This document shows, piece by piece, positions 14,601-29,600 of a DNA stretch of 64,000 nucleotides. Position numbers and translations under genes: made by a program. Source of the stretch: Phoronis australis (taxonomy: Eukaryota; Animalia; Phoronida); assembly GCA_002633005.1 (NCBI GenBank), contig NMRA01000021.1:1113119-1177118 (forward strand). Direction: 5' to 3'. Under the pieces are notes generated by a model. That model was not told the DNA's origin and searched no databases. It saw nothing but the letters and a program-made list of their open reading frames with translations. How positions within the stretch are numbered: position 1 is the stretch's first letter; each line of letters begins with the position of its first letter.

Positions 14601-17600
14601 TGTAACTTAAATCAGTCTTGACTCACAATTAAAGGAGTATCTCAAACTTTTGATTCAACAATGGCTGGCTAAGATATGGAAACTAAATTTCAGGCTTGTT
14701 ACTCTTGAAAAATCAGTTACATAAGATTCCTTTTTCATGCAGTGAGATAATTCACATTTTGTTATTGACAAGAACATCAAAGCGATCAGGGTCTCGAAGA
14801 AAATGCTTCTCTAGAATGGGGGCAAAATGGCCCACCCCACTATTGTGAATGGTGTGCAGACTCGTCACCTGTGACTTTCAGGAATCGCCGACTCACTCGG
14901 CAACAATTCAAGATGGGATGAAAGAGGGTAATGATTTTAAACCCTCAAGTGTATTCGTTAAAAATTCATCATTGACATCTTACCAGTGCAGAACTGCCCT
15001 TTAAAGAGCTTAATGGCTGTCAATGAAATACAACCACCAATCTGTACTTTCCTTTCATTCCTATAAAACTTACTACTACCAAAATTTAATCTGTAGTTTC
15101 AAAAGCTCAATTTGATGGTAAAAAAGATTCATTTCTGTTACCAAATCTAGAGTAGAAAACACTGTTCAAGACAGTCCTTACGGGTGGGCAGGTGAAATTT
15201 CTTCTTCTCATTCCTTCATTAGAATGATCGTACCAGAATAACGCTTTGTCAAATCTAAGGTCTCTACCACAGCTGCCAACTGAAATTACTTTGAAAAAAT
15301 GTGGGCGTTTACAACAATGTTTAAAGCTTTTGAAAAAAGTGCTATGAAATAATTTTCACCAAAATTAGTGAGAGTTTATTAACTAAAATTTCCTTACTCT
15401 TTTTTGTTGAGATACATTCCTTTATCCAGGATTTCGAAAATAGGGTGTCCAAAATGGGGTTCCCAATATTCCAGGGTGTCCATGATTCCGAAGCGTAACC
15501 CCCCCAACCCCAGCAATCCCCCAAACACACAGATTTTTTTTACAAAAAATGCATAGACCAAGGTTTTTACATCTGAGTTTACAAAACAGCCTTCTGTAGT
15601 GAGCATTTTTACTAAAAAAAATGTAGACCAAGAAGATTTAATGCTATCAACCAAGTGTGAGCATAGCAACATTGTATATACTTTGTGTACTTTGCAACTA
15701 TGTACATTGTGTATTTCTTCCTGCTTCAAAAAAGAGCCCCCACTGTGAGCCTTCAGAGGCTTCCTAGTATTCATTACAATGTGGAGTCCAAGGTTCCTAT
15801 TGACAGTAGGTGTCCAAATGGTACATTGGGCGTCCTTGCCAGGGCTTCCAGATTAGTGCTAGGGCGTCCATTTGGACGCCCAGGACGTGCGCTGCATAAA
15901 AGCCTGTTGAGATATTTGATGGATTAAAATTTGTGTTTTAAACTGAAGCTTCGCACTAATTTCTGAAAATATTTAGCCATGCTTTAAAGGTTTATCAATG
16001 AAAACTGAATTCTCAATTCACCCTGTAACTATGGGAGCAACAATTTCCCCAGTATATGATATCAGTGGACTTAAATAAGAAATGCTCCAATCAAATTCCC
16101 ATAAACATGTACAAGTTTTTGGTTATAATACTTTTTAGAAATAAAAGACAACTTCTCAGACGTTAAATATTTCCGTTTTCGGCAAGTGCCAAGATCACAA
16201 GACATTGATAATGCTTATACTTATGTAACGGGGGCGGTATCTACGACCAAGGCGCCCCGATTTTACGAGCCCGGTGCGGACTGAGGGTGATATTGAAAAC
16301 TAGAAGTTGGTGAATAATACATAGGTTTATTGTAAGAATTTATAACTACAATATTCCACACTTACAAGCAATCCATTTGTTCCATGATTTAGTATCGCAG
16401 CGTTGTGATTTATACAGTTCTGATACACGGGCAAGCCAGTCGCTGATTAATAGTTGTGTGTGCAAGAACGGGGCAATTTGGTTATTCAGATCCGAAAGGT
16501 GAGATGCAATCAAGCTCGGGAGGAGCCCGAGAATTGCTGGGGCTAAACTATTGGCAACCAAGTTCGGGAGGAGCCCGAAAGCTGCACAAACAGTTGCAAT
16601 TTGGTGTGAGTGAAGGTGTACATGTTTGCTTCTTGAACTCTGCGACTGGACTCCTCGTGTCTGACAGAGACAAAGCTTAAGTACACAATTTCAACCAATC
16701 AGACAAGATCTGAAGGGCGAGGCCCATAGCTCCTAGCTTCTGACCATATTTGGCCATGTCCAAAGGACTCAAAATCATAGGAAAATTCCATACGTAATAC
16801 ACAGCTTGACCGCTAGAGGGCGCATATATCTTACTTACATAATCATGTCCAGGGCACTCCTGTTACACTTAATTTAAGCGAAACATGCAACATAGCAAAT
16901 ATTTATACTCCTGTAGATTATAAGTCACACGCCAAAGATGTATCTACGCAGACAAAATGGGATAACGGTGAAAGTTTGTTTCTTTTCTACCATAAATTTG
17001 ATCATTTCAGAACAGATTATTTTTGAAATAGGGTTGACACTCCCTAACAAGTGTAACAAAGTTACTTGTGGAAATGTAAAATCCAATAGCAGCAACGAGA
17101 TACATTCTTGGGCTTTCAAGTATTGAACAAAGGCACAGACTAGCCCAGGTGAAAGCAATGTTCTGGGTGGCTAAATACAGGAAACATCTCTTGCATGATC
17201 AGTTGGCTGTAAGGCACCAGATTAAAGCGTGGCAAATCATGGTTGGCAGCAGCGGAGACCACAGTAGAAAGAGTGCGTGTGCTGGATCTGGTTTGCAGAG
17301 GAGAAGAGTATATGAAGGTGGATGACAAAACAGGTAGCAGATTCACCGGGGTTGTCATTACTATGGGCCGAGAGTGTCGTGAGAGGGCGGCTTGCAGTTA
17401 ACAGTGAAGTTCTCGAGCTGGTCTATGCAAATTGTAGTGAGGGAGATGCTGTGGTGTACACTGATGGAAGGGTTAAAAGAGGAGAAAGATCTGGATGGTC
17501 TATGTAGTCAATGTGGATGGCAAAATAGTAGCGAAAAATGGAGAGGCATATGAGCTCACGACATCTAGTATGAAGATGGAGGAGGTTGCTGCTGAAAAGG

Positions 17601-20600
17601 CACTTGCATGGCTATACAGGAAAGCACTTATACCTGTGCAGACTCTCAGCGCATGCGGACAAAAATCGAAAAGGATATCTCAAACCCGAGTGGCTGCTGC
17701 ATTTACAAAACAGTGGACTGAGAAAGCTGACTTGGATATTCTCCCCTGGGCATAACGGGGTTGCCGGAAATGAGAAAGCTGACAAGTTAGCGGGAAATGC
17801 ACCGATACAAGATGCCCTCAGATTGGGAGAGAGTTAGATTCTCAGAGCGCTAAGAGAAGTGGAGCCACAGGAGAATGGAGATGCAACTGACAGAATGCAG
17901 TTGTTTGGATATGAGAGCAGGCTGTGGTGCTGATAGTCCGTTGCATGGCTGGGCAAGACAACTGTGTAATCAGCAGTTGGCTGGAGTGGTTAGTCAAAGG
18001 ACCATGTCAAGGTGATGACATGGAAAGCCGAGCATTTATGGGTCTGCCCCGAGTGTGACCACGCTGGTTCTGCACCCACGTAATACCCAAGTAAGTAAAA
18101 TCCTGATACGATTGACTAAAAGAGTGACAGAAAAGAAAACAGAACCTGCATACTTGTTACGAATGGACTACAGGTCATATAAACTGAAACCAACATTTAT
18201 TGTCAGTACATAGAGAAGTAAATACACAGAAGGCTAGAAAGGTATGAGGTGTGTTATAAAAACAACACCGGGCATGTGAAAAATGCCAGGAGAAAACGCC
18301 AGGACAAGGCCTTAATTCAGTCGAGCCTCAACAAAACGAATGAGCATAACCATGAAATCTCACCAATTTTGGATAAAAAATGACCAAAATTGACATTTTT
18401 GGCTTTTCAAATGCTTCTTTTATCGTTGCCAATACCCACAAATTCTCAAAACATTCTCTGACAGTGACTATTGCATAGAATTTGAAAATGGCATTTAGGA
18501 TATGTAAGGGGCTACTTAACTTTTTTGACGTTTAATAAGCGTGTCGTGCTTCTTTTATTTTGGTGGGATATTATAAAGAACATATTATATGGTGCTAATA
18601 TTGATAATATGGAAAATGAAATTGATGTAAAACTCACTAGCCTTACATGTTTCTCAATATAAATCGGCTATTAACCATTTGTCTCGTGTCCTAAACAACT
18701 TTCTTATTCCCAAACCAGAATTTTGGCTTCCTCTAATCAGAAGTGTAACTGGTCCCACCAACTTGCCTAGACAAATACAACCTGTCAGCATATAAAACTC
18801 TCGAGTCTTTAAGCTGCGAAATATCCACAGTCATCTGAAACTTAATGAAACCGGTCTGAAGATGAGTCAACTTTTCTCTGAGCACAGTGAACTGAGTGAA
18901 GAATAAGAGGGTACTACTATTATAATGGTTTAAGAGTCCTAAATCAAAAGCTGTGTTTGACAGGAACCATAGGTTTACTTAATGCCACTTTAAATGTCAT
19001 TGGCATAAACCCAACTATGGTCATGAGTGAACAGACTTTTAATTAAATCAAAAGATCTTTTTAGTCATCAGTTGTAAGAACTGGCAATAAGTATAAGTCA
19101 AGACTTAGAGGACTGGAAATCACAATGTAATATTTTGCAACAAGTCAATTCCTGAAAAACCTTACCTACCTGTGCTGACTAATTGGAGACCAAAGACATC
19201 AGAAAAATCAGGTGTCTACGGTAAAAAATAACTGCAGGAAGTCTGGTTATAGCTTGTGCTAGACATGTGCAGACTACCCCAGTGGACCCATTGCACTGAT
19301 CACCAGGAATTAATTTAAGTTTCGATCATTAATGAACATAGTTAAAACCGAACTAGAAAGCTAGAGACCTGACTACTAGTGTGCCCTAGTGGGACTAGAA
19401 AACACAACCTTCAATTAAGAAGCTCTTAAAGCTACACTGCTTTATCTACGCATCACATGAATTCCATTAGTAACATCTAGTTATTCTGTGAATCCAGTCA
19501 GTTGTCATATTTGGGAAAACGAGTCTCCTGAATTTCCACGAAGATTATGAATTTCACCACAAAATGTTCAGAGCACCATCGATAATGCTAAATCTGAATT
19601 CTGTCATTTGCTTGTTATGCTGCACTATAAATTGAAATACGTTTCTTAGAGGGCGGGGTAATATGAATTTGAAATCTTATCAGCTCATGAGCTAGGCAAT
19701 GACACCGTTGCTACAGACTGTGACAGGGAAATGTTCAAGTCCTGAAATGAAGTCTAACAAAGCAAACATTTTAACTGGCAGTTATTTCCTTGTATGATTA
19801 ATAACACGGGGTCCTCTATTACAATGCTTGAGGTGCATGATGACAGTTCCCTAGAAACTGACGGGAGTATTGGTGGCTTGACATTTAGACTTTAATGAGA
19901 CCAGCATGATAGATTTGGGTGACATGTTAGTGTTGCAAAACAAATACCAATCATTGACGTAAAATTTTAGACAAAAACCAACACCAACGGTATGTAATGA
20001 TTGTGTAACCAAAACGTATGGAACTGTCATTCCAAAAAACAAAATTACGCTGGTTATTTGTATTATATATAAATAATTATGTGGGCACATAAAAATGTAA
20101 GAATCAACAATATATTTCCATATATCCAATCTGTTCTACATGTGATTATTCGATTTGGGAAATCAAGTTCAAACACTTGACAATAATCAATTATCTTTTA
20201 TGATACTCCATAAATCAGGCCATCGAGTCTGTGACGTCAAAATATGTTTAAACTGTGGAACGCCCACAATGCAAGTGTGCCGAATTTGTGAAAGAAACCA
20301 CCAACCACTGTAAACATGGGCGTATAAAGGAACCAGGGAAAAAATAATAAGAGCAAATAAAACTACTCTATGCCAACAATGATTCATAACAAGTAGTTAA
20401 GAAGTGGACGAAAAATGATCAGGTCCAGAATTGTCCTAGGTCAACTTGCAGTGTAAGGGTGCAGTCTTCCACTTACTGTACTAACCGGGTAGGAACTTAG
20501 TACACAATATGGCCGACAATGAAAATCTACTTTGTCAAATTTCTATGAAAATTTTTGTCTACTACTAGAATATGGTTCATAATACACATCTCATAAAACA

Positions 20601-23600
20601 ACTTAAGGTAACTTTGCATAACTTGGGTAACTTGAAGAATGGAAAATTACAATTTTGTCAATTAGATAGAATTGAGTGAGAAATTACATATCATTGGTGT
20701 TTCACGATAAGATTTTCGAGAAGGGGGGGTGAGTGTTTACACGAAAACTTGATTCGCTGACGCAAATGGCTGCACCATGCTTTTTACATGAGCACACGAG
20801 CATTAAAATACACTAAACATGGCTTTGAAAATAAAAATCTGGAAATTATCAGGGAGGGTGCTTTAAAGTCAAATGATGATAGCCTAGACCCAATTGCACA
20901 ATTCCAAAACGCAGACCAATCTACATTTTTCTTCAGATCTTGTAGCACATTTTCTGGTACTTTAAAGGCGTACTGCCATGCTACAATAAATAAAAATTTT
21001 ACAAAGCTAGGTTTTTTGAGACACCGGGGCTGAATAGTACTAAAGACGATATCTAAGAAGTAAGATTCTAATCATATTAGACCCTTACAGCTGATTTCAT
21101 AAAGATGGTTAAAGTTAAACCTGGTTTAAACTGAACCTAGACTAGGTTTAAAGATAATCTGTATTTCATAAAGGTGGCTTAACTTTTAGACCAGTGGTGC
21201 AGAAAAACCTGGTTTAACTCCAGTTTAGACCTGGTCTAAGTCAGCTTCCATTTCACCAACTAGGTCTTTATTCTTTAGACCTGTATTAAGATCTTAACTT
21301 TAGAGATGGTCAGACCCAGGTTCAACTGTTAAATATGGCAGACTTGAATGATATAGGTGCAACTGAATGATGTCCTGGTGTGCATTTACACCGCAGTTTT
21401 AGAGTGGAAATGATTATTTTCAATATTCAGACACAAGATCAAATGTAGCAGGGACAGATGGGAAGGTCGGTCAAGGACTTTTTAAAAGGGGGGACCAAGT
21501 CAACAATTTAAAAATTATAGATTTGATATCACTAAAATCAAGGGAAAAGGGGTGTCCGGACCCCTTGACCCCCCTTGGATCCGCCTATGTGTACCAGTAC
21601 GAGCTCCAGGATGGTTTCCTGCGGATTCCTCAGAACATATGACTGGTCGAGAAGGGCATCGTCCTCGTAAGCGCTACGGGTTTGACTGAAGACAGCATCT
21701 TCTGATTATTCTGAGTTCCACCTCCATTGGTCTCCAATTTAATGTTATCGTGAAGAGGTCTTGCCCCCCCCTTTGTACACGAAAAACGAAAAATAAAATG
21801 ACACTGAAAAAATTCGGACACTTATCATGTTGCGGCTAATCGTGAGCATGTACTATAATGTGTGCACGTGTGTTTGGCACAGACTTTACATTTTTCCTCG
21901 TGAGAGCTTTTAGACCTTTTTCGCAAATGTCTGCTCCACTAGTGTGTGCCAATGTGTGCCCACATGATCAAGGTTTCATTGAAGCACTTCATTAGTTTCT
22001 TTGTTGGGTTAATTCATATCCACACAGCAGGGGGGCTTAGATACTTTGAACCTGGTTTTACTAAATGGACTCCCTGGTCTAAACAAAACCAGGCTTTCAG
22101 ACTTTTAGACCACATTGGTGAAATACATGTTAGGTCTAGAATTAGAACAGGTTTAGGAAGACCAGGTTTAAGTCTTAAACCTGGTTTTGTTAAACTTACC
22201 TTTATGAAATAGGCTGCTAGTGTTTGCTTTTGTTGAGAAATTTCATAAAATAAAATTCCACAGCTTTTTAGCATGGGCTTCAAGGCATAATTACAAAATG
22301 TTATCAGAATCCAATGACAGTTAGTGAGATCACACACTCCATACTTAGATACCTTATCTCAAACACAAGAAACTTATCAGTGAGACTCAGACAGGTATCC
22401 CATAGCCTTTAATGTGGCCCAAAGTCATGATTACTGCAGTGGGGTGACAGCTAACAGCAAGCACAAGTTAGAAAACTGAGACTCTGATTTAGGTAGACTT
22501 AGTTCTTGTTTTCAAGACTGGCTATTCATAGTGCGATGCTAATGAATTAAAGCCATCATTTTACCGTCTGAAGACATAGAGTTCCATTGAGCGTAAGACA
22601 GTAGCTTGCACATCCAGAGAAAAATCATCGCTTATGAAACTCAAACAGTGATTTCAATCACCCAACAGAACACTTAAAGCCCTCGCCAATCACTTCAGTG
22701 GCCCACATTTTACAATAGCTATAGAGCTCCAAGACATACTCAATAAACACTCGCTTTTCTCTCGCATGATTTTGCTAGGTCTTGGACTACCTTTATCGTA
22801 AAAATCCAAGAAACGTTTTCCGCATTATGTGAGGACCAGACAAAATGGGTGGACCAAGAGCCCACACATTACCTGAATGCATACAGATACAGGTAGAAAC
22901 GTTGCCTCACAAGCACAAACCAATGGATTTGGGTCACGAACATTAGTCCTAAAAATTCTTAAACCTAGTACTGCACTGGTCTGACTCAATTCCAGGGACA
23001 TAACAGTATTGTTGAAAATTTAAAAAACACTGGGGGAGTGTGTTTAAGCCGAGAAAATGTCTGGGTGGGTGTTTGCTCAATTTGGATTTATATCCAAGGA
23101 GCCATATACGTGTTAAACACCTGAAAAGCACACCAAATAATCCCAACCCTGCGACAATTAAGAAATTAACAAGAATAAGTTCGTATCGTCTTCTCATCAA
23201 ATACCAATCTATTCATTCTGCGAATTCCGACTCAGAGAGAGCTTATCTTCTTTGATTTCTTCAAACTTATATTGATGTTATTGTTGAAATTGCTTTGTCG
23301 GCAGTTTAGCTCGACAAAATCTCACCAATGTAGAATGGCACACATCAGTGAAATTCCATTTTTCAATTGTTCATAAAAACAAGAAGCCCTTAAGTGGCGT
23401 GCTTCATAGGCTTTTACGCTCTATACCGTAGCTCAGTACTACCAGACATTTAAAGGTATGATGACAAATGGTTAGCTTGGTATCCTGAACCACACTAATC
23501 CTTTCATACAAAACGCAAATCCAATCTCGGTGCCTTAAGGTTATTGGCGATTGGATGAGTATTATTTCAAATATTTAGAAAATGGTAAATTTAACTAAGT

Positions 23601-26600
23601 AAAAGAAAAATTTTGAAAGTAGATTAGAAAAAGATTGTAAACTTTAATTTTTGACTTCATGCAAATCTGTAAAACGACAGCTTTGACTAGTAAAAAAGAC
23701 CCAGACAGGTGGTCTTGCAAGATGCAGCACCAACAATTTCCCATTTCAACTAAAGAAACAACGGCTGCTGGGAAAATTATGTTGGTTCTGACACAAACAT
23801 TTCATTATCGTTCACTTCCTACAGAAAGCAGGTCAATCCAAATACATGGCCTGCTCATGCGTAGGTGTTGTATGACAAATTACTCCAACTCCCATCTCTT
23901 TATTTCTCATTGTACTTTGATGCACCACAGGACTTTGTGGCATCTAGAGATTTTTAACAGAAACCAAACAAAATCAGACATCCCAAATCGAGCCCCAGGA
24001 CAATTGCCAACACTGCTTTGGAAAACAGTGCATTTGGCAATTAATACAGAAAGAGTGAGTAAGAATTAGAGCAGACATTTCTGAGATGCGACATTCCAAA
24101 GATATCCCATCTAGGATATGTTGTAATGCCCACTACTTTTCCAAAAGTATGCTTTTAAGCCCCCCCCCCCACCCCTTCAACAGCTTGGCACGAATCTGCA
24201 ACCCATCATGATAGTTTGAGATGTGCCTGAGAATAAACGGCAGATGAAGACAAATTAGGCAACCTCTTGGAGAGCAGCAATCGCTTCCATCTTTAGCTAT
24301 ACTGTCAAAAGTCTAGCTGACACAAAACAACTTTAAAATAAACCATTTCCAGTACCACCTTATGCCCCAGGTGAAGTCCTGACAAAAAGAAATCGTAAAT
24401 ACAAATATTTCATAGTCATTAAACCTAATGTAAAATACAGTCACACTCTGTTATGAATTACTCAGGTTCAAAAAGAGGTACATGTACACTGCCACCTTCT
24501 ATTCAGGATGATTGGTCTGAGTGAATCTGATACTTAAGCACAGTGGGGGTATCTGATGTCACATGATTGTACAACTGTGTCCTGAAAGGGGATGAGGGGT
24601 CAGATTTTTTAATTTGATTTCTTAATGACTCAATAACAAGGAAGTCACATGCAATTGCGATTGGATATCAGACAGCATGTTGGCTTGATCTCAAATCAGA
24701 ACATTTCCTGCCAATAATGCACATAATTTGAAATTGATCTCTTATATGGAGTATTGTTTTCCTTAGTGTTGAAATATTGGGTGGAGAGAGGTGATGGAAA
24801 CGATCGGAAAGTTCATGTGGAGTACAAAATTTCAGGCTGTTTCCTTCCTCAATAGAATTTTAAATTTAATCAACTCAGTTGGCCAGTATGAGGACTTTTT
24901 GACCAACAACACATTCGCATACTGCCCATCAGTTTAACACTGGAATTTTTCTGGCTCTTTCACTAAGCTTAAGTGCCAGTAATGGACAGCAGGAGACCCT
25001 GTTCATATACAGCTTATTTTGATCTGCTGGAACATGGGAGTATTAAAGTGCGTAAGCCATTTCAAATTTGTTCAGATGCGTCGGACATGCGGCAGGTTTA
25101 GCATTCTCTCCACTATGTGACGCGTGTGTTGATCGCTGTTATAGGCTACTGCTAGACTTCGATCGGTGACCGACTCCGATCAAAGGTTAGGCAGCTGGTA
25201 ATCACACACACCACATAGTGGCGAGATTGCGAACCTTACCCAAGACTGCCGTCACATGGTATACAAATATGTACCAGAACCGTGTACGCCAAACTGACCC
25301 TTCTTGTATATTAGAAATTTGCTCAAACAGATCAAAATAATCTACCCATAACATTGTGGCAGACATGTTTCAATGAAAAATATAAGTTTTGTTTACCTGC
25401 ACAAAATCTCCTCCCCGCCTACATAACAGGGAAGCCAACCCATATATTAGTCTCCGTGTCGAAAAAAATGTATTTTTCAAGTGAAAACTTATGAAAACAA
25501 CTGATTTCCAACATTTTAAGATAGTTTAAATTTTAATCATGTGTCTTTACACCCCATACAACAATTTTCAATTTCAAATCGTGTTTAACTTAAAAAGCAA
25601 CACAGCTTGTCAGTCACAATGGTCACATTCATGTTTCATGGCTTTAGCTGTTGATATGGTTGATTTTTCCGACATTACCAGGATGACCCAGCATTTCTTG
25701 ATTACTCGTTGAAATTTCCTAATCCATGCCTTTGTGTTGGTCTCAGTGCTGAAATCAGCATGACAAAACACAGTGAATTCCGTAAGAGGGTTTTTCATTA
25801 GTCAGACTTCCACAAAGCATTAAAGCAATTGTCCAATCACGAAAGGAAATTCTGTATACCGTACTCGTCCTGGTTACCGCCCAGGGCACTTAAACTGGGA
25901 ATCTAAAAACAGGGGGTGGGTGGTAAGCCGAGCATGGGCGGTAACCGGGACGAGTACGGTACAAGTTACATTATACTCTGGCACTCACCACTCAGGATAC
26001 TTCTTCTTGGTCAAGTCTTTTGTTCTCGACTTAACACCTGCCAATTTCCGATATTTTGTGCCTCAATCTTTGCCGACATGACACTTCGAAATGCTGATAT
26101 TTTCTAAAATATTTTTAACTTTCATTTGATTTTTGATGAGAAATATAAATCTTCAAAACACGTAACATTTGAAAAGTCGGTTGTAGGGATATTTAGGTGC
26201 TAAAGGTGCGTAGAATACCTGACGGTAATAAGTCGACAGCCCTGTCATATGTATGTGTGAACTAATTTTACAAAGCAAATTATTTAACAATTCTTCAATT
26301 GCCACACAAAAATTGTTCAAGTAAATGCTTTTCTATTTTTTCAGGGGCCAACTTGTAGCTCAGTCATTACGCAGATGTAATATCATAACTAAAAGGTGAG
26401 AAAACTACACAATCCATAACTCATAAGTACAAATGCACAAAATTTTGCCAAATGTTGCTAAAACATGCAAACAAAATTAGATTTCCTCTGGCATTTCTTA
26501 ACCACAGTGTCTCAAAATGAATAATTTTTACTTTGCATATCTCTTAGTAGTGTATGATAAAAGTTCACAACATACATTTGTATCTAAAATGAGACAATCA

Positions 26601-29600
26601 GTCTATTAACATCAGACTCAATAAATCATCCATACTACACTGAGCTTATGGCCCTACTACAAACTACATGATGAAATCAGACAGTCTCAACTGTTTTTAC
26701 AAACCAGGCAAAACTTATCTGAAAACTAAACAATAGCAAAGGCCATGAAATTACCACCTCTTATAATTTTAATAACATGTTAAAGGCATTAACATGATGT
26801 TTAGGCTAATTTTACAGATGTTGTGATTCACAATTAATTAACCCAATTATATTCAAAAACATCGAACAGGATTGAAGGTGGTACGGTAGTTATATTAATT
26901 TCGCTTAGCGAGTTTCCCACGAGAAATTAGTGAATCATGCAAGACCACGCAGAATCACATGGGTGAAAGGAGAGAGTTTATGATCGACATATGTCCCGAA
27001 AAATAGATAAATGATACGTGCGTCGCAAGCTCGTTACCAGAGATGAAAGGAGATTGATGTAGGAGATATAAGGTCATTTATTATGACTAGTACAATTACA
27101 ATAAAATGAATACAGGTAAATAAGTATAACAGGTAATCTCTGGTAAGATGGGCAATAAAAAGCGCCGACCGCGTGGAAGTACGAGAGAATGACGAAAACT
27201 GGGAGGAAGAGGGTGGGAAAATTGAATGAGTTTTTGACGTACGACAATGTGGCCGGAACAAAGTGAATTGAAAGCGAGGTTACAATAACAAAGTAAAACG
27301 CCCCTAAAGACACGTGACAATCATCAGCCTATAAGAGCCAAGAGCTGACCAAACTCGAGGCACGTGATAACAACAGACCAATGCGAAGGCTGGAAAAACG
27401 TCGTGTAGTCCTGCACGAGGGAATAATGGAATAGACCAAGATGAGGGGGAAAAGGAGTAAGGCGAGTCCATATGCTCACATAAATATATTTAACGAGTGA
27501 AATACCATTTATGATCGACATATGTCCCGAAAAATAGATAAATGATACGTGCGTCGCAAGCTCGTTACCAGAGATGAAAGGAGATTGATGTAGGAGATAT
27601 AAGGTCATTTATTATGACTAGTACAATTACAATAAAATGAATACAGGTAAATAAGTATAACAGGTAATCTCTGGTAAGATGGGCAATAAAAAGCGCCACA
27701 GAGATGTTGTAAGACATCTCATGCCCATCCGGAGAGTTTCTTCATTTTGCTAAAGTCCTTACTGGCATATTAGCAAAATGGCAGACTGATGAACTGATAG
27801 GTTGGTGAGGTTGAAATGTTGAATCATGGGATAGAATTCATGAATCATGGCATAGAATTCACTGTTTCATAGACGGCAACTAGCGCCACTGCTTAAATGT
27901 GGGTCTTATATAACATGTAGCTTTTGTGAGCTGAACATTTCAGTTCAGAGCACTTTGATACATAGGTCTAAGTATATTGCGAGACAAATTGTCAGCTCAT
28001 TTAGAACAGAGACTCTATAAATCTGTGACTGTCACATGCTTCTCAAAATTGACTTCTTCCTTTTGCAAACTCGTATCTTTAAATTGTCAAGTTACGGTAA
28101 AATCTTACCACTTTATTCAGACAAAAATAATTGTTAAATTTGCTTTTTTGTTTTTAAAATGACTCTTTGCTGTGAATGTACACAATTTCTCAAAATATTG
28201 TCAAATCGTAAGTACATTACAAAACTCCAACATGGATGGAAACCCATTAATTTGGTGCTAAATAATTTCCGTGCAGAAAAAATGAGACAATAAAATTTCC
28301 GGCTTGTAGGCTATATTGTGACCTGTATTGGTGAGATTTTACCATACTAACCAGATTTTGTCACTGATTTCAAAACAACAAACGTGACATTGACAAGTTT
28401 CAGAAAAATAATAATTTTTTCATGACAAAATTCACCTTTTATGCAGTACTTGAGACATATAGATCTAACATACACTGACTCTGCATCAGCAGTTTCTAGA
28501 CGAAAACAAACACCATTTATCAATCATTTGAAGTACAAGGCCTACAGTTTGCATGCACTTTGAACTTCAAAACTTCAGCCCACTAATTACAGGACTTAAA
28601 AGGAAGCAATTGCTGTGTGTTTGTGATGATAAGAGGGATGTACCTAGAACAATGAAACCTCAATTCGTCCTCATTTATATCAGGATAAACACTGATAGTG
28701 AGAACTACAACTGCCCCCCCTCCCTCCCCAAATTCTCCCAGATTCCATTTGGCAGTTCGGGATACGAATGTCTGGCGGGCAACATCCTGGCTTTGCCCTG
28801 CCCCCCCCTCCCAACTCAAAATCCTGGATCCGCCCCTGTTACCAGTTATTTACCACATGAAATCTGATTTTCCTTGATCACAAATCAATTGGTAATTGAA
28901 GTAAAAAAATTTGCCTGATTTAAGAAACCAGAAAACCAATCACCAGATCATTATGGAAGCCCATATTACATAACACAAGGTACTATAAAACTGACTTTTG
29001 CACCACACTATATTTAGGTCAAAACTGATGAGTTGAGTAGGATCTCGATAACAGTTACCCGATAACAGTTACCCGGTGGAAACCAAGGCAAGTAAATCAT
29101 CACTGACGCCAGTGTACTAGTGTTTTTGGTCACAGCTGTTCAATTTCACCTGTCCCCAGCCAGTTTCATCATGATGCTAGTGATGTCCACTTCTGAGAGC
29201 AATTTAATTAACACAAAACTCTTACATACCTATGTAGGAACAGACTCGTTATAAGAAATACACAAGTTCACTTATTTGCATAGCTGTTCTAAAATTCAAG
29301 TTTCCGCATACTGTACATCAAATCCGCATACCTCGTACTCGAGATGACTGATTTTCCCTTCTCCACTTTAGAATGTACAATATCTTCTAATTAAGCATGT
29401 TATGCAGGATTCAAAACTTGATATAAAGAAAAACTGTTTTGAAAAATTCATTTCACATCAAAACATTTTTAATATTCCTACAAAGTTTATTTCTTAAAAA
29501 ATATATAACTTTGCAAAAAAACTACAATCTAGTTCAAGTGATCAATAAAAAGTATAGGAATGAGCCCATAATTACACAGTCACATCAAAATATAAAGATG

